This document shows, piece by piece, positions 45,276-57,193 of a stretch of 64,000 nt of DNA. Both the position numbers and the translations under genes were made by a program. Under the pieces are notes generated by a model, which worked only from the letters and a program-made list of their open reading frames with translations, made no database searches and was not told where the DNA came from. Each line of letters begins with the position of its first letter. Positions within the stretch are counted from its first letter, which is position 1. Source of the DNA: Rhizaria sp. SCN 62-66. Lineage: Eukaryota. The DNA is taken from NCBI GenBank assembly GCA_001724265.1, contig MEDY01000094.1, positions 1 to 64,000 of the forward strand. The letters run 5' to 3'.

Positions 45276-47323
45276 GGGCAACGGAGGATAGTCCAGAAAG
45301 GACAAAGGCAGTAAAGAAGCGTACGAGAACGATAGTCAAGATGCCGTGGACGAGGGGGGCCTGAAGGAGAGGCACAAGTAGGCAAAAGACAAGATAGATG
45401 GTAAGTGTCAAAGATATATAACAACGTTTTGTGAAAATGTTAATTCTAATTGGCAGGGGCAAAAGTGACCAGGGGCAAAACACTCATTGAACCACTCAGG
45501 AATTTGAATCTAGAAACAGAGGGGCTTGCGCGCAAATTCATGCAACCCCGAGGCATAATTGCTCAGCTACCACTGTCATAAAGCGAGATAGGATATCTAA
45601 CCATGCCAAACACAGCTCCCAACTCAATTAAATAGCTTTGTAGAGTTAAAGCTTAATATGAAGCAAGATCCGAGTAGCAGCAGAACAGGATGAGTTCTGT
45701 CGAGCAGATGGCCCAGGGCAAAGATCACACTGCAAAATTGTCACAGCTACAGCGAACATCACAGTCACTTTGCAGAAGAGTTAATGAAATAAAGTAGTAG
45801 ATTTTAGAACAAAGTGATCTCGCAAAAAGGATCTAGTCGCTTTGACAGCACCTATATTGCACAAGAAGCATTGCCAATCAGGCTCAATTTTGAAAATTGG
45901 GGCGGCTTACTTTCCGAGACAAGGGCGCCATGTGACCCCAATAAAGCATCAAAACAGCAAATTTGATAAGCTTTCTCATTTTCTTTTGTACTGAAATTCA
46001 ATTATCATATAGCCCACGTACATTTATTTAACGTCGTAGTAATTTCAATAACATGAAAGATTGTTCCAGAGCATACAACAAGAAAATATAAAACGGCCAC
46101 CAAAGTATATTTGAGCACATATCACTATCGCAGCCAGCCTAAACATCGTATGTACATGCTAAAATTACCACATACTATGGGTCTCAAATGTCTTCATAAC
46201 ATACTAAAATGTTAACTGTACTGGATTCGACTAACCCTGAATAAAAGTGCTGTTCATGTCTAGATGTACATTAGAACAGTAAAACAATCAAGCATATATC
46301 GCGCATATGAAGAGACTGAACAGAGGCGCTAATGCCACCATATAAAGACATGCATAGGACATGTCATACTCAAAGGACAGAAAAACGCAGGAACGCTAAC
46401 CCCAATCAGCATTGCTGGGAAGTAACAAAAGAGCTTGGCGCGAATCTAGACAACACGCCTGACCCTGGATAGTTCAATGCATACTGCCGTATTCCAAGTA
46501 AAATAAAACATATAGTATAATATAGATTCAGAGTTGCACTATACCGAAGTGCAATGGATTCCAATTGATGATATGGTTCAGGTCACCTTCGACATTGCTG
46601 AAGGCGGTGGATGTGAGCTGCAGCGTCCCGAGAGGCTGACTGCCCGCCAACGGTCGAAGTTAAGCCGCAGCGAGCCGTTGAGTATAGCTCTGAGCGAGCA
46701 TATCAGTCCTCGGCAACGTCGCTGAAGCAGTGGACGAGAAATTAACACCTGCTGTACATGGCCGAGGCGTTATGCTACCAGGGCAAAGGCCTGGCGCGGC
46801 GAGTTGACGATTGTATATTTTGATAGAAACGAGCTCCCATCGGGCCCGACCCGCATTCGCTGCAAGGCGGGAGACTCCCCATAGACAGCATATGGTGCCA
46901 TCTATGCGTTTTGCGCTGTAATAAGACTGTTTTGTATAACTAGTTACCGATCTGCTATTTCTTAAGCACATAGCACATACGCTATTCTCCGCTGTATACC
47001 GCTCCAAACTACACCGTTTCTTTTCGACCCGTTGCTTTCCCCCCAAACCCCACATCGTCTGGCCTCGTCAGCTAACAGCGCTCTAAACTCACCCCTGATT
47101 CGTTCTAAGTGCAGCTTGTCGGTTTAAACCGCTTTGTCCTAGTTTAACACACGAATTTCCGCAGTGCTGTGGATTTTTGTGTTGTTCGCCCACATTCCCA
47201 GTGCGCTGCCGTCCGGCGCGCTTCCTGGCTGCATAGACTCATTTAGAGCCGTTTAACCGTTCTCCAAACACCGCAGAACGCGTTTTGCTCTCAGCTCTAT
47301 TCACTAAGCCAACCCCGGCTTAA

Positions 47324-50300
47324 ATGAGTTCAGGCAACCCCGCCGGGAACTCCGGCCTTGGTCCGCTCAGCCCTTCAGCCATCATGTCTTCAACGGATAA
47401 GATGCTCGGTCACCTGCCGCTGACGAGCCCGACGTCCAATCCGCCCGCAAGTTCCGCATCGAGCGTGGTTTCAGGTGTCAGCTCTACGCCCATGCTGAGC
47501 TACTCCTCCATGGGTGCCCCACAGGCCTCCGGTTCCGCCGCGCTGTCAGGCGCCAGCACGGCCTCCGGCTCGCTGACCTCGCTGCTCGGCGTCACAACGT
47601 CTGGCGCCAACAGTAACGGCAACGGCACTGCGACGGGCGCCAACACGCCGCGCCGCGCCGCCGCCGCTGCTGCCGCGACCTCTGCAGCTAATGCTATCAG
47701 TGGCCTTCCGCAGCCGGGTTCGTCTACTGCAGCCTCGATCGGTGCCTCACTTGGTCCGTTCCCTCACACACAGTCGCACACCGCTGGCTCGATCGCAGGC
47801 TCGACCTCGGCGGCGCAGGTCTCCGCCGCCGCCGCTGCTGCTGCTGCTGCAGTGTCCTCTTCCGCGCTTGCCGCGCCATCTTCCGTCGCGTCTGCGTACC
47901 CACGGCTGTCCTCGGCTCTCCCGGTCACCAGCGGCGTTGCGCACCACCACAACGCGCACAGCAACCACGCGCACACGCACGACTCGCTGCCCGCGTCGGC
48001 ACTCATCACCCCGGCAACAGGGCTGCACAAGGGCGGCGCCATCGCGCGCGGCAACGCGACCGTGCGCAAAGGGCTGGCGGCCAGCTTCGCGCACAGCACA
48101 GGCACCACGCCTGGCTACGGGCGCCACATGTCGGTCAATACCAGCACACCCGGCCTGGGCTCCTCGCTGCTCACGCCCACCGCGTCGGGCTCCAGCTCCG
48201 GCCTCGGCCACAGCCACGGCCACGGCCATTCGACGCTGTCGCAGCTCGTCAGCGCCGTTGGCGTCACCCCGGCTCCTGTGCGCGGTGCCGCCTCTGGCGC
48301 CGGCCCCGGCTCCGTCTCGGGTGTCAGCGCCGCCGCGGCCACGGGTATGGGCGCCGGCCCCGTCGCGCCCAACTCGGCCTCGGCTCTCGGCTCCGCGGGC
48401 GCGCTGCGGCCTGCTGGGCTGGGCGGGCTCTCGGGCGTCAACCTCAACGCCGCCATCGGCGGGCTCGGGGCCACGCCCAACGCCGCCGCTTCCACGGGCG
48501 CCAGCAACGGCAACAGCAACGGCGCCGCGGGGCTTGTGGGCGGGTACGGGGGCATCCCCGGCGTCTCGGGTGCCGTCATCGCGGCCGCTGCGGCTGCTGC
48601 TGCTGCGGCTGCCGCTGCGAGCGCAGCCTCCTCGGGCTCCTTGAACGCCGGGCTCGGGCAAGTGCTAGGAGACATGGCGGCGACCGGCTCGGCCGCCGCT
48701 GCTGCTGCCACAAACGCCGCTGCCTCTGCCACAACTGCTGCGCCATCAGCGACGACGGGACATGCGAGTAAGCGTAAGCCCGCAGCGACGGCGCGCGGGC
48801 GCAAGAGCAAGGGCGGCGCGGGCACGGGCGGCGCAGGCGCGGGGGATGACGGGGCTGGAGACGGCGCTGACGATGCCACTGAAGTGGGTGCAGCGACCGC
48901 CGCCGCTACTGCTGCCGCTGCGGGCTTTAACCCGGCCGCGCCCGTCGGGGCTCCTCGCATGCTTAGCAACTCAACGAACAGTGCCGCTACGTCGGTTGCC
49001 GGTGACGACGGGAGCAACAATAACAGCGACGAAGATGATGAAGAAAAGAGAAACAACGACGTCCGCGGGCGCTGGACGGCGGAGGAGGACGAAGAGCTCC
49101 GCCGCGCCGTCTCCCGCTTCAGCTCCAAGAACTGGAAGTCGATTGCGCAGGCCGCGTTCGGCGCCACCAAGTCCGATGTGCAGTGTCTGCACCGCTGGCA
49201 AAAGGTGCTCAAGCCGGGCCTAGTCAAGGGTGCGTGGACCGACGAAGAGGACCAGGTGCTCGCAGACATGGTAGCCCGCTACGGACTCAAGAACTGGACC
49301 GTGGTGGCCGCGCAGCTCAACGGGCGCCTTGGCAAGCAATGCCGCGAGCGCTGGGTGAACCACCTAGACCCCGCGATCCGCCGCGACCCGTGGACTGACG
49401 CCGAGGACGAGTACATCATCCGGGCCCAGAAGGAGCTCGGCAACAAGTGGGCGCTCATGATGGCGCAGCTCCCCGGCCGTCCCGATAACGCGATCAAGAA
49501 CCGGTGGAACTCGACGCTGTCAAAGCGCGTCCAGGACATGGCCAATGGGACCTACGTGCCCCCTTCAGCGCCAGCAATCAATGCCGCCAGCTCCGCGTCT
49601 GCCGGACTCCCGGCGATCACCGGCCCTGGTGTGGCCGCACCGTCGTCTTCCGCCGCCTCGGGCGCTGCTTCTGGCGCTGCGCCTGCGCTTGCGTCCGCGT
49701 CCGCCGTTGCTGCCGCCGCCGCTGCTGCTGCTGCTGCTGCTGCTGCATCAGGAGGCGCTGCCGCAATGGCCACTAACGCTATGGTTGCTAATGCGGCCAA
49801 GGCTGCGGCCGACGCCGATCTGGCGACCCGGAACGCCGGCGCGATCGGTGCCCGCAGCGCCGCCGTGCTGGCTGCGGTCTCCGCACAGCCCAGCCCCGCC
49901 GCGCGCCGCCCCGCGGCCCGCTCCGCGCGTGGCAAGGCCGCGCTGGCCGCCACTTCGGCCGCAATCGCCGCCTCAGTTCCGGGCATCGGTGCCACCGCTG
50001 GCGCGAAGCCCCCCCCGGCTGTGATGACCCCTGCGGGTGCAGCCGCCGCTGCCGCCGCAGCCGCCGTGGCTGCCTCGCTAGGGCGTCGGAGCTCGAGCCG
50101 TCGCGGCACTCTGGCCTCCGAGGCCGACTCTGCCGCCGCGGCCGCCGCTGCTGAGGCCGAGAACGTCGCTGCCGCGCTCGGGGGCGCCTCGATGCTACAG
50201 ACCGCTGCCGGGCGCGCGGGGCCCTCGCGCCGCAACCCCGCCTCGGCCGCAGCCGCCACTGCCGCTGCCGCTGCCGCTGTCATTGCCAACGCCGCTGCGA

Positions 50301-51967
50301 ACAGCGTGATCGCAGCGTCTGCTGGCGAGCATGGCCTGTCCACGGGCAACGTCGCCAACGGTATGGCCGCCGCCGCAAACGCTGCGGCCGCAGCTGCTGC
50401 TGCGGCGTCGCTGTCTGCGCAGCCCGCGTACGGCCTGCACTCGCACACGCACCACGGCCACGGCCACAGCCACGGCCACGCCGCGCACGGCCACCTGCAC
50501 GGCCACCGCGGCGCGGGGCTGTCCGGCACCGGACTCTCCGTCTCCACGCTGACCTCGCCCGCGCCATTCCCGTCATCCTCCGCGGCTGCGGCGATGGGCT
50601 TGGGCGCCGCGTCCTCGGCGCTGCCGCCGTCCCTCGTCACGCCCCAGTCGCAGCATGGGCTCACAGGCGCACCCGCCACGGGCCGCCTCACGCCGCGCTC
50701 GCTCGCCTCGCTTAGCGGCATCACGGGCGCCTCGGCCGCGGGCGCCAACGGCGGCGGCAACGGTGCTTCGGGTACTGCCGCGACGCCGCTGGGCACGGGC
50801 ACGACCCCGTTGTCGTCGAGCGCGCTGTCGTCCTACTTCGGGCTCACGCGCTCCGTGTCGGGCCACACCGGGCACGGCGCCGCCGCCGGCTCGGGCGTCA
50901 GCGGCGCCGGCATCGCGGGCACGGCGGCCACGCCCTCGGCGCCGCCCAGCTCCGTCGGCGCGGGCGGCAACGGCTCCTCCGCCGGCTCCGCGCTGTCGCT
51001 GCCGCTCGGAGGCCTCCCACCGCGCGCGCCGGGCCGCACCGGCTCGGCGACTCCCGCTGTGCCGGCCAGTGTGTCCGCGGGCGCAGGCGGTGCGTTCACA
51101 TTTTCGTCGCTGTCCTCGACGTCGACGTCCGCCGCGACCTCGCTCGGCGTCAACAGCGGACCCGGGTCACCCGTCGCGACCTCGGCGGCCGCGGCCAACG
51201 CAGCGGCCTCCGCGGCGGGGATGCCGCTGCCCGTGTCTGCGCTCACGGCTACCATGTCGGGCGCCAGCACGGCCTCGGGCGTCAACGGCGGCGGCAATGG
51301 CAACGGCGCGGGCAGCGCTGCGAGCAGCATGTCGCTGAGCGCTGCGACCGCTAGCTCCAGCACTACCAGCAGCAGCAGCAGCAACAGCAACGTCAACGAG
51401 CTCACCTCAGCCGCCGGCGCCGCCGGTGCAGTCTCTGTGCCGGGCCTGACTCCGGGCGTGTCCTCGCCCCGCGTGCGCGCGAGCTTTCCCGTCAACGGCG
51501 CCCTGGCGTCACCGGTCACGTCCGCGTCCTTCGCGGCCGCAGGTGCGACGCCGACGTCAAGCTTCCGCTTCATCGCGCGCGCCAACTCGCTCAAGCGTCC
51601 GCTGGAAGACGGCGGCGTGCTGTCTGGGCCGGGTGCCATGTCTCCTGCCGCCGCGGCCGCCGCCGGTGTCGGCGTGAGCGTCAACGTGAACGCCGCGTCC
51701 GCTGTGTCCGCGCGCGGGGCTAACTCGCCGATGACTGGGCGCACGTCCCCGAGCTCGCTGCTGAGTGGCGCGGGCGCTGGACGCGTGCCGATGCCGATGC
51801 TGCCAACCAAGAGCAACATCTATCTTGCGTCGTCACCGCTGCCAACGCTGGGCGTCAGCGTCGGTGTTGGAGGCTCCACGACACCGAGCCTCACTGCTGC
51901 CGTCGACAACAACGCCATCGTCAGCGCCAGCGTCAAGCGCTCTCGCTTGCAGTCCTCGTCTGACTAA
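47324..51967 (+). CDS. MYB3R: Three-repeat (R1R2R3) MYB transcription factor, 1547 aa
   Basis: Three Myb repeats at ~49060-49520 (GRWTAEED...DVQCLHRWQKVLKPGLVKGAWTDEED...GRLGKQCRERWVNHLDP...RPDNAIKNRWNSTL) within low-complexity arms rich in S/T-P sites. Ends TAA. Confidence 0.92.
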   Translation: MSSGNPAGNSGLGPLSPSAIMSSTDKMLGHLPLTSPTSNPPASSASSVVSGVSSTPMLSYSSMGAPQASGSAALSGASTASGSLTSLLGVTTSGANSNGNGTATGANTPRRAAAAAAATSAANAISGLPQPGSSTAASIGASLGPFPHTQSHTAGSIAGSTSAAQVSAAAAAAAAAVSSSALAAPSSVASAYPRLSSALPVTSGVAHHHNAHSNHAHTHDSLPASALITPATGLHKGGAIARGNATVRKGLAASFAHSTGTTPGYGRHMSVNTSTPGLGSSLLTPTASGSSSGLGHSHGHGHSTLSQLVSAVGVTPAPVRGAASGAGPGSVSGVSAAAATGMGAGPVAPNSASALGSAGALRPAGLGGLSGVNLNAAIGGLGATPNAAASTGASNGNSNGAAGLVGGYGGIPGVSGAVIAAAAAAAAAAAAASAASSGSLNAGLGQVLGDMAATGSAAAAAATNAAASATTAAPSATTGHASKRKPAATARGRKSKGGAGTGGAGAGDDGAGDGADDATEVGAATAAATAAAAGFNPAAPVGAPRMLSNSTNSAATSVAGDDGSNNNSDEDDEEKRNNDVRGRWTAEEDEELRRAVSRFSSKNWKSIAQAAFGATKSDVQCLHRWQKVLKPGLVKGAWTDEEDQVLADMVARYGLKNWTVVAAQLNGRLGKQCRERWVNHLDPAIRRDPWTDAEDEYIIRAQKELGNKWALMMAQLPGRPDNAIKNRWNSTLSKRVQDMANGTYVPPSAPAINAASSASAGLPAITGPGVAAPSSSAASGAASGAAPALASASAVAAAAAAAAAAAAASGGAAAMATNAMVANAAKAAADADLATRNAGAIGARSAAVLAAVSAQPSPAARRPAARSARGKAALAATSAAIAASVPGIGATAGAKPPPAVMTPAGAAAAAAAAAVAASLGRRSSSRRGTLASEADSAAAAAAAEAENVAAALGGASMLQTAAGRAGPSRRNPASAAAATAAAAAAVIANAAANSVIAASAGEHGLSTGNVANGMAAAANAAAAAAAAASLSAQPAYGLHSHTHHGHGHSHGHAAHGHLHGHRGAGLSGTGLSVSTLTSPAPFPSSSAAAAMGLGAASSALPPSLVTPQSQHGLTGAPATGRLTPRSLASLSGITGASAAGANGGGNGASGTAATPLGTGTTPLSSSALSSYFGLTRSVSGHTGHGAAAGSGVSGAGIAGTAATPSAPPSSVGAGGNGSSAGSALSLPLGGLPPRAPGRTGSATPAVPASVSAGAGGAFTFSSLSSTSTSAATSLGVNSGPGSPVATSAAAANAAASAAGMPLPVSALTATMSGASTASGVNGGGNGNGAGSAASSMSLSAATASSSTTSSSSSNSNVNELTSAAGAAGAVSVPGLTPGVSSPRVRASFPVNGALASPVTSASFAAAGATPTSSFRFIARANSLKRPLEDGGVLSGPGAMSPAAAAAAGVGVSVNVNAASAVSARGANSPMTGRTSPSSLLSGAGAGRVPMPMLPTKSNIYLASSPLPTLGVSVGVGGSTTPSLTAAVDNNAIVSASVKRSRLQSSSD

Positions 51968-52402
51968 AGTATAGATGTTGTTGACGTGGATTAGGATGCC
52001 TCTAGCATGTCACTATGAGACAGCAGTGCTGTGATGATGATCTCGAGATGTGTGCCGCGACCAAGAGCATGTACCCCAGTTGCAGTGCAGTGGATGCACC
52101 TGCTTCTATTGCTGGGATAGATGGTGTCGATGCAGTGCGCACTCGGATGCATTGATACAATTAAGTTAACTTTGATAGCCTTAATAAATACATATATTTC
52201 CTATTTTTATTCAAAAACACCCAGATCCCACGTCACTATCTCTCTTATTTCATGTGCCACACTCAAAGTGTCTAGCCGTTTTACGAAGACCAACAGCCGA
52301 CCGGTGCGGCTTAATTTCTGTGGCTGCCGTTTTTTTCTTGACCTGAGAGAAAGATGTTTTTCGTCTTGCTGACCTTCGTCAACCGTTGTTTGAAGCATCA
52401 TA

Positions 52403-54434
52403 ATGTCTGACGGTCTTCCGTTCTTGCCTGGTTACAGGATTGAGACTAAGTCGGTACGTAGAACTTTCATATCCTCCACAATCACCTGAAATAGAAACCC
52501 GCTCGAGCGCCCTAAACCGTTGCCCGACGGTTTCCCCCATTTCGTCCCCACCGCCGCTGGTGTGCTTCATTATCTTGCTTTGCTTTTATTAATCTACTTG
52601 AACAAGACGCATTTATCCACACATGCGCTTTAAATCCGCATTTATGCCTTTGTCTCGCGTGAATCCTGTCCTTTGAACCGATCGCCAATCCGTTTCGCTC
52701 ACTGGCCCCACTTTCTCTCGTTACCGCTCCCTTGCGCCCCTCTCCCTTTCTATTCTTTCCTGTGTACCAAACACCCTTGTTGCCCTGGTGCAGAAGAACA
52801 TGCACCACAAGGCGCATTACTTCGACGTTAACAATGGCATCCGCACCAATGTCGTTCGTGACCCCCTGGCCGTTGTTGCCCCAGCTGACCCCCTCGCCAT
52901 GACCTCTGGCTCCGCCACTGGTGGCGCTGGCGCGTACTTCGACTCCGTCGGCCGCACTTCTTCCTCCGCCATCGGCGCTGGCTCCACTGGCTCGCTTGCA
53001 GGCGGCAACGCCACCGGCGCCGTCGGCGAGGGCGTGCCCTCGTGGGTTGCGCTCGACCGCAAGGTGCTGCGCTTCTACGGCTACTTCAAGGAGGCCGTGT
53101 TCTCGTCCCCTTCTGAGAACTTCCGCGTGCGTAAGTGCATCGTGTACTACTACCTCGAGGACGACTCCCTGCACATCGCTGAGCCCAAGATCGAGAACTC
53201 CGGTATCCCCCAGGGCGTCTTCATCAAGCGCCACCGCGTGCCCAAGGCCTCTGGCGAGTTCGTCGGCGTCCCCGACCTCGCCATCGGCGCCGACCTCGCC
53301 CTCTACGGCCGCCACTTTCACCTCTACGACTGCGACGCCTTCACGCGCGCGTTCTACGAGTCCAACGGCCGCCCGCTCGGCGAGCCCGAGGAGGCGCCCC
53401 TCGACCCCTTCACCAAGAAGAACACCGTCAAGACGACGAGCCACAACAAGCTGATGCACCCGCACAAGGAGTTCATGGAGGCCTCGCTGGGTAAGTCGAT
53501 GTACGGCACCGACATCGAGGGCACGCAGAAGTTCCTGCGCAACGACGGCAAGGTGCTGCGCTTCTACGCCATCTGGTCCGACCCTAACCTCTTCGGCGAG
53601 AAGCAGGCCTTCGTGGTCCACTTCTTCCTGGCCGACGACACGGTCGAGGTGCTCGAAGTGCAGCAACCCAACTCGGGCCGCGACCCCTTCCCGGCGCTCA
53701 TCAAGCGCGGCAAGCTGCCCAAAAACTACAAGGACCACACGGCCGACATGGCGAGCATCGGCTGGCAGCGCGACAAGGAGGTGCGCTACTACACCGAGGC
53801 CGACTTCCGCGTCGGCGACTACATCACCGCCTACGGCCGCAAGCTCTTCCTTTGCGGCGCGGACCGTTTCACGCAGGAGTTCTACATGGAGAACTTCGGC
53901 ATGACGGCGGCCGACTTCCCGCGCCTGTGCATGGACGACGAGGCCGAGACCGTGCCGCGCCTGCTGCCGCCTGCGCACACCGGCTTCGGCTCCGAGGAGG
54001 ACTCGCTCGGCTCCTTCCTCTACCTTATGCCCAAGATCCCCAAGCAGGACTTCAAGAAGCTCATGGAGAACGACGGGCTATCGCTGCGCTTCGCTGCCAC
54101 GTTCGTGAACCCGCAGCCCGAGGACCGCGACCGCCGCTTCGTGATCACGTACTTCCTCAACAACGACACGATGAGCATCTTCGAGAAGTTTGACCGCAAC
54201 TCTGGCTTCGTCGGCGGCAAGTTCCTCGAGCGCATGCGCTGCAAGAACGAGGCCTCGGGCGAGTACTTCAAGCCCTCTGATCTCTACGCCGGCGCCCAGG
54301 TCACCGTCAACAGCTTCAAGTTCAAGCTCGTCGACGCCGACGACTCGACGATCGAGTTCATGCGCCAGAACCCCCGCGTGTTCGGCTCCGTGCTTGATGC
54401 TCAGGACGCGTACCTCAACTCTGCGCGCCAGTAA
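52403..54434 (+). CDS. EFHC1: EFHC1/Rib72 axonemal DM10-domain protein; exons 52403-52453 and 52794-54434
   Basis: Exon 1 MSDGLPFLPGY matches the family N-terminus. Phase-0 intron GTACGT...TGCAG. Three DM10 repeats (VLRFYGYF, VLRFYAIW, SLRFAATF) with ENSGIPQG, NSGRDPF and NSGFVGGKFL. Confidence 0.92.
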
Positions 54435-55083
54435 GCGAGCGATCGACGAGCAAGCTAAGCAACTATTCACGCCTTAAGTTGTCGAGGGCAATATTTGACA
54501 ACGGGACATAAACGTGCATGCGTGCTTTAAGTAAAACGAAAGCATCGTTCTTGTCTCTCTTGTCTTGTCGTTGAAGTCATCGATTATTTCGTGTCTTTTG
54601 TCTTGGTCCTAGTCTTTTGGGAACATGAAAACAGTAACAAAACAACACCACACGCACAAACAAATTCTCTTGATCTAATCTCGTGCTCACTAGCATTGTA
54701 TTCGTAGTCCGGATATGTGTCCTAGTTGGATACGATTACGATTAATAACTTGATTGTTGTCGCCGTATCGGCAGCGGCCTGCGACGGCGCGCGACCGGCC
54801 TACTCTAGCTCTAGATAACATATGATGATTACTCGCACAATCATACGTATTAAGACGTACTTGATATAGACGTATAATAGGAATAATACGAAGAACAAAA
54901 AAGAACAAAAACACCTGATAAAAAAACAAACCAATATTACCTAACAATACACTTTGTACAATTTGTTGATTCAATCGTATCTTAAGCTCAACAAACGCGC
55001 TCAACAAACGCGTGCAGTTTTTGCTTATCTACCAGTCTGTCTCTGTCCTTCACTTATTTCTTTCGATGATAGTGCGCCTGCGG

Positions 55084-56333
55084 TCACCGCACTTCCCTGC
55101 CGTGGATGGTGTACTTGTCGTAGGTCTTGGCCGGGTCGTAGACCTCCCAGCGCGTGGCAGGGAAGATGTGTTTGTTGCGCTCGTACCAGGCGCGCGTGAG
55201 CACCTTGCCAGCGTGCGACTCGTCCTTTTCCACGCGCGCGTCGCCTAGCAGGCGCACGTCCTCGTGCACGTCAAAGCAGAATAGCGGGCCTGACTTGCCG
55301 CGCGCCTTTGTCACGATCAGATCGTGGAACGTGTAGTGGTGGGGGATGATCAGGTCCTCCTTGATGTACATCATCGACTCAGCCGAGAGCTTGCGCAGCT
55401 CGCTGAATCGGTCCGAAAGCGTCGCGCGCACCTTGTCCAGGAACTGCTCGATCGTGGAGCCCTTTGTGACGCGGATCACGTTGCGGTGGCCCGAGCCGTC
55501 CCAGTACGAGTACACGATCTCGATGACCTCCTTCTTCTCCGCCTCGACTTTGGCCGCCCATTGCGCCTCCAGCGTCCGCCGCAGCGCCGCCTCCTCCTCC
55601 TCGCGCGCGCGATCGGGCAGGAAGTCCGTCGCCGCCGTGGGGTCCTTGCTCACAGTCACCTTGCCCGCAGGCTTGTTCGCGGCAGGCTTGTCGCTGTCAG
55701 CCTCTGCGCTCGCCACAGCTGCGGCGGTCGCCTCCGCGGCCGGCTTGGACTTGGCCTTGCTCTTGGGCAGCGGGAGCTCGAAGTCGGCGTCGCCGTCGTC
55801 GCCATCTGCATCGAACGACAGGAAGCTCATGTCCTGTTTCTGCTGAGCTGCGCGGTGGCGCTTCGCGGCCTGGGCGATCTCGGCCTCGGCGGCGGCCGCG
55901 GCGGCCGCGGCCTGCGCGGAGGCGGCCTCGGCGTTCTCGACAATCTGGCGCTGCTGCTTGTACGCCTCTGCGGTCATCAGACCGACGGTGGCGGACTTAA
56001 ACTGGCTCTCGAGGAACGCGTCGTGAGTCGCGAACTTGTCCTCTGCACACAAAAGCAAAGCAATGAAGCATGATGTCATTTTATGGTAAGTGTGGAGAAA
56101 AAAGTCGTAGCGCATGTCTCAAAGATAATAGTTCAAATTTAGATAGCAGAGTACAAGTTTGGGAGAACTTGAGTGAGTTTTGTCGACATACCAGTGAGCA
56201 TGAAGGATGACTTCGAAGCCTCGTTCTTGATGTCGGCCTTGCGGCGCTCAAGCTGCTCAACTTGAGCAGCGCGCTGCTTCTCAAGCTGGCGCACGCGCTC
56301 AGCATTGGCCTTAGTACCCTTGTACTCGGCCAT
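55084..56333 (-). CDS. FAM50: FAM50/XAP5 circadian/splicing-associated protein; exons 56333-56192 and 56042-55084
   Basis: MAEYKG start, [71 protein letters not shown]. Intron GTATGT...TGCAG at 56191-56043. Ends TGA. Confidence 0.93.
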
Positions 56334-56989
56334 AGAAGCAGAAAGACACTGCAACGGCAGCGAAGAACAGCGTTTGTCATGGTGAGTAAGATAAGGGGGG
56401 AGCGAAGGAACAATGAGATATGTGAAAGCATAGATAAAGATAAAATGCCGCAACAACTCGCCTAACAGTACAACACGTTATAAGGAGTCTGAAAATGTTG
56501 CTTGAAGCAATATGATGGAGAGCAAAATTTCGCGTAATCGGACGAAATAGAGCGTGATGTCCAGATCAACATAGTACTGTGGGGAAGAGGGACCCTGAGA
56601 ATCAAGGACAGATCAATGACTGATATGAAATTAAATACGGATCATGGCCTATATGACACGCTAATATCAACCATCCAGTCATATGACTATTTAACGAAGA
56701 ATAGACTGTGATCGAGAGTGCTTTTTCGAGACAGGTCTTGACGGCTGCCACTACCACACCGCGCAGCAAACCGACGCCGTCCGAGGCAAGTCTGACCTCA
56801 ATGATCTATAGCGTCTCTATTGTCGGTAAGAATCGCATTTAAGCGGTGCATCCGTATTTTTTTAGAAGCAAACTTTATACTCGCTTTATTCGATATCTCT
56901 CCTTATCGCTTTCACATGTCTACGACTTCCTTACTCACCCGCTCCCGGCTTTTCCCCAACCATCCTTGTTCCTCGCTTTTCTACAGCCT

Positions 56990-57193
56990 ATGTTCCTGGA
57001 CAAGCGCAACGACGAGAACAACGCTCCTCCTTCCAGCAGTGGCTTTGGCCCCTTTATCGCGATTGTGCTGGCGATCCGCTTCCTCCCCACTGCGTGGGCG
57101 TGGTGGAAGGGCGGCGACAAGTACCTCACCACCGGCGTCACCCCCGAGCAGTTCGCCGCCGAGGAGAAGCGCCTCAGCAACCGCCCCATCTAA
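56990..57193 (+). CDS. Small 67-aa single-TM protein (weakly Tom5-like)
   Basis: ATG lies 3 nt after the acceptor CTACAG (5'UTR intron from GTAAGA ~56826). Strong coding-type codon bias. Hydrophobic FIAIVLAIRFLPTAWAWW. Ends TAA. Confidence 0.65.
   Translation: MFLDKRNDENNAPPSSSGFGPFIAIVLAIRFLPTAWAWWKGGDKYLTTGVTPEQFAAEEKRLSNRPI

Noticed and set aside
46565-46640. Possible box C/D snoRNA (TGATGA ... CTGA ... CTGA)
   Set aside because: No terminal stem or rRNA complementarity that I could verify; such short motifs arise by chance.
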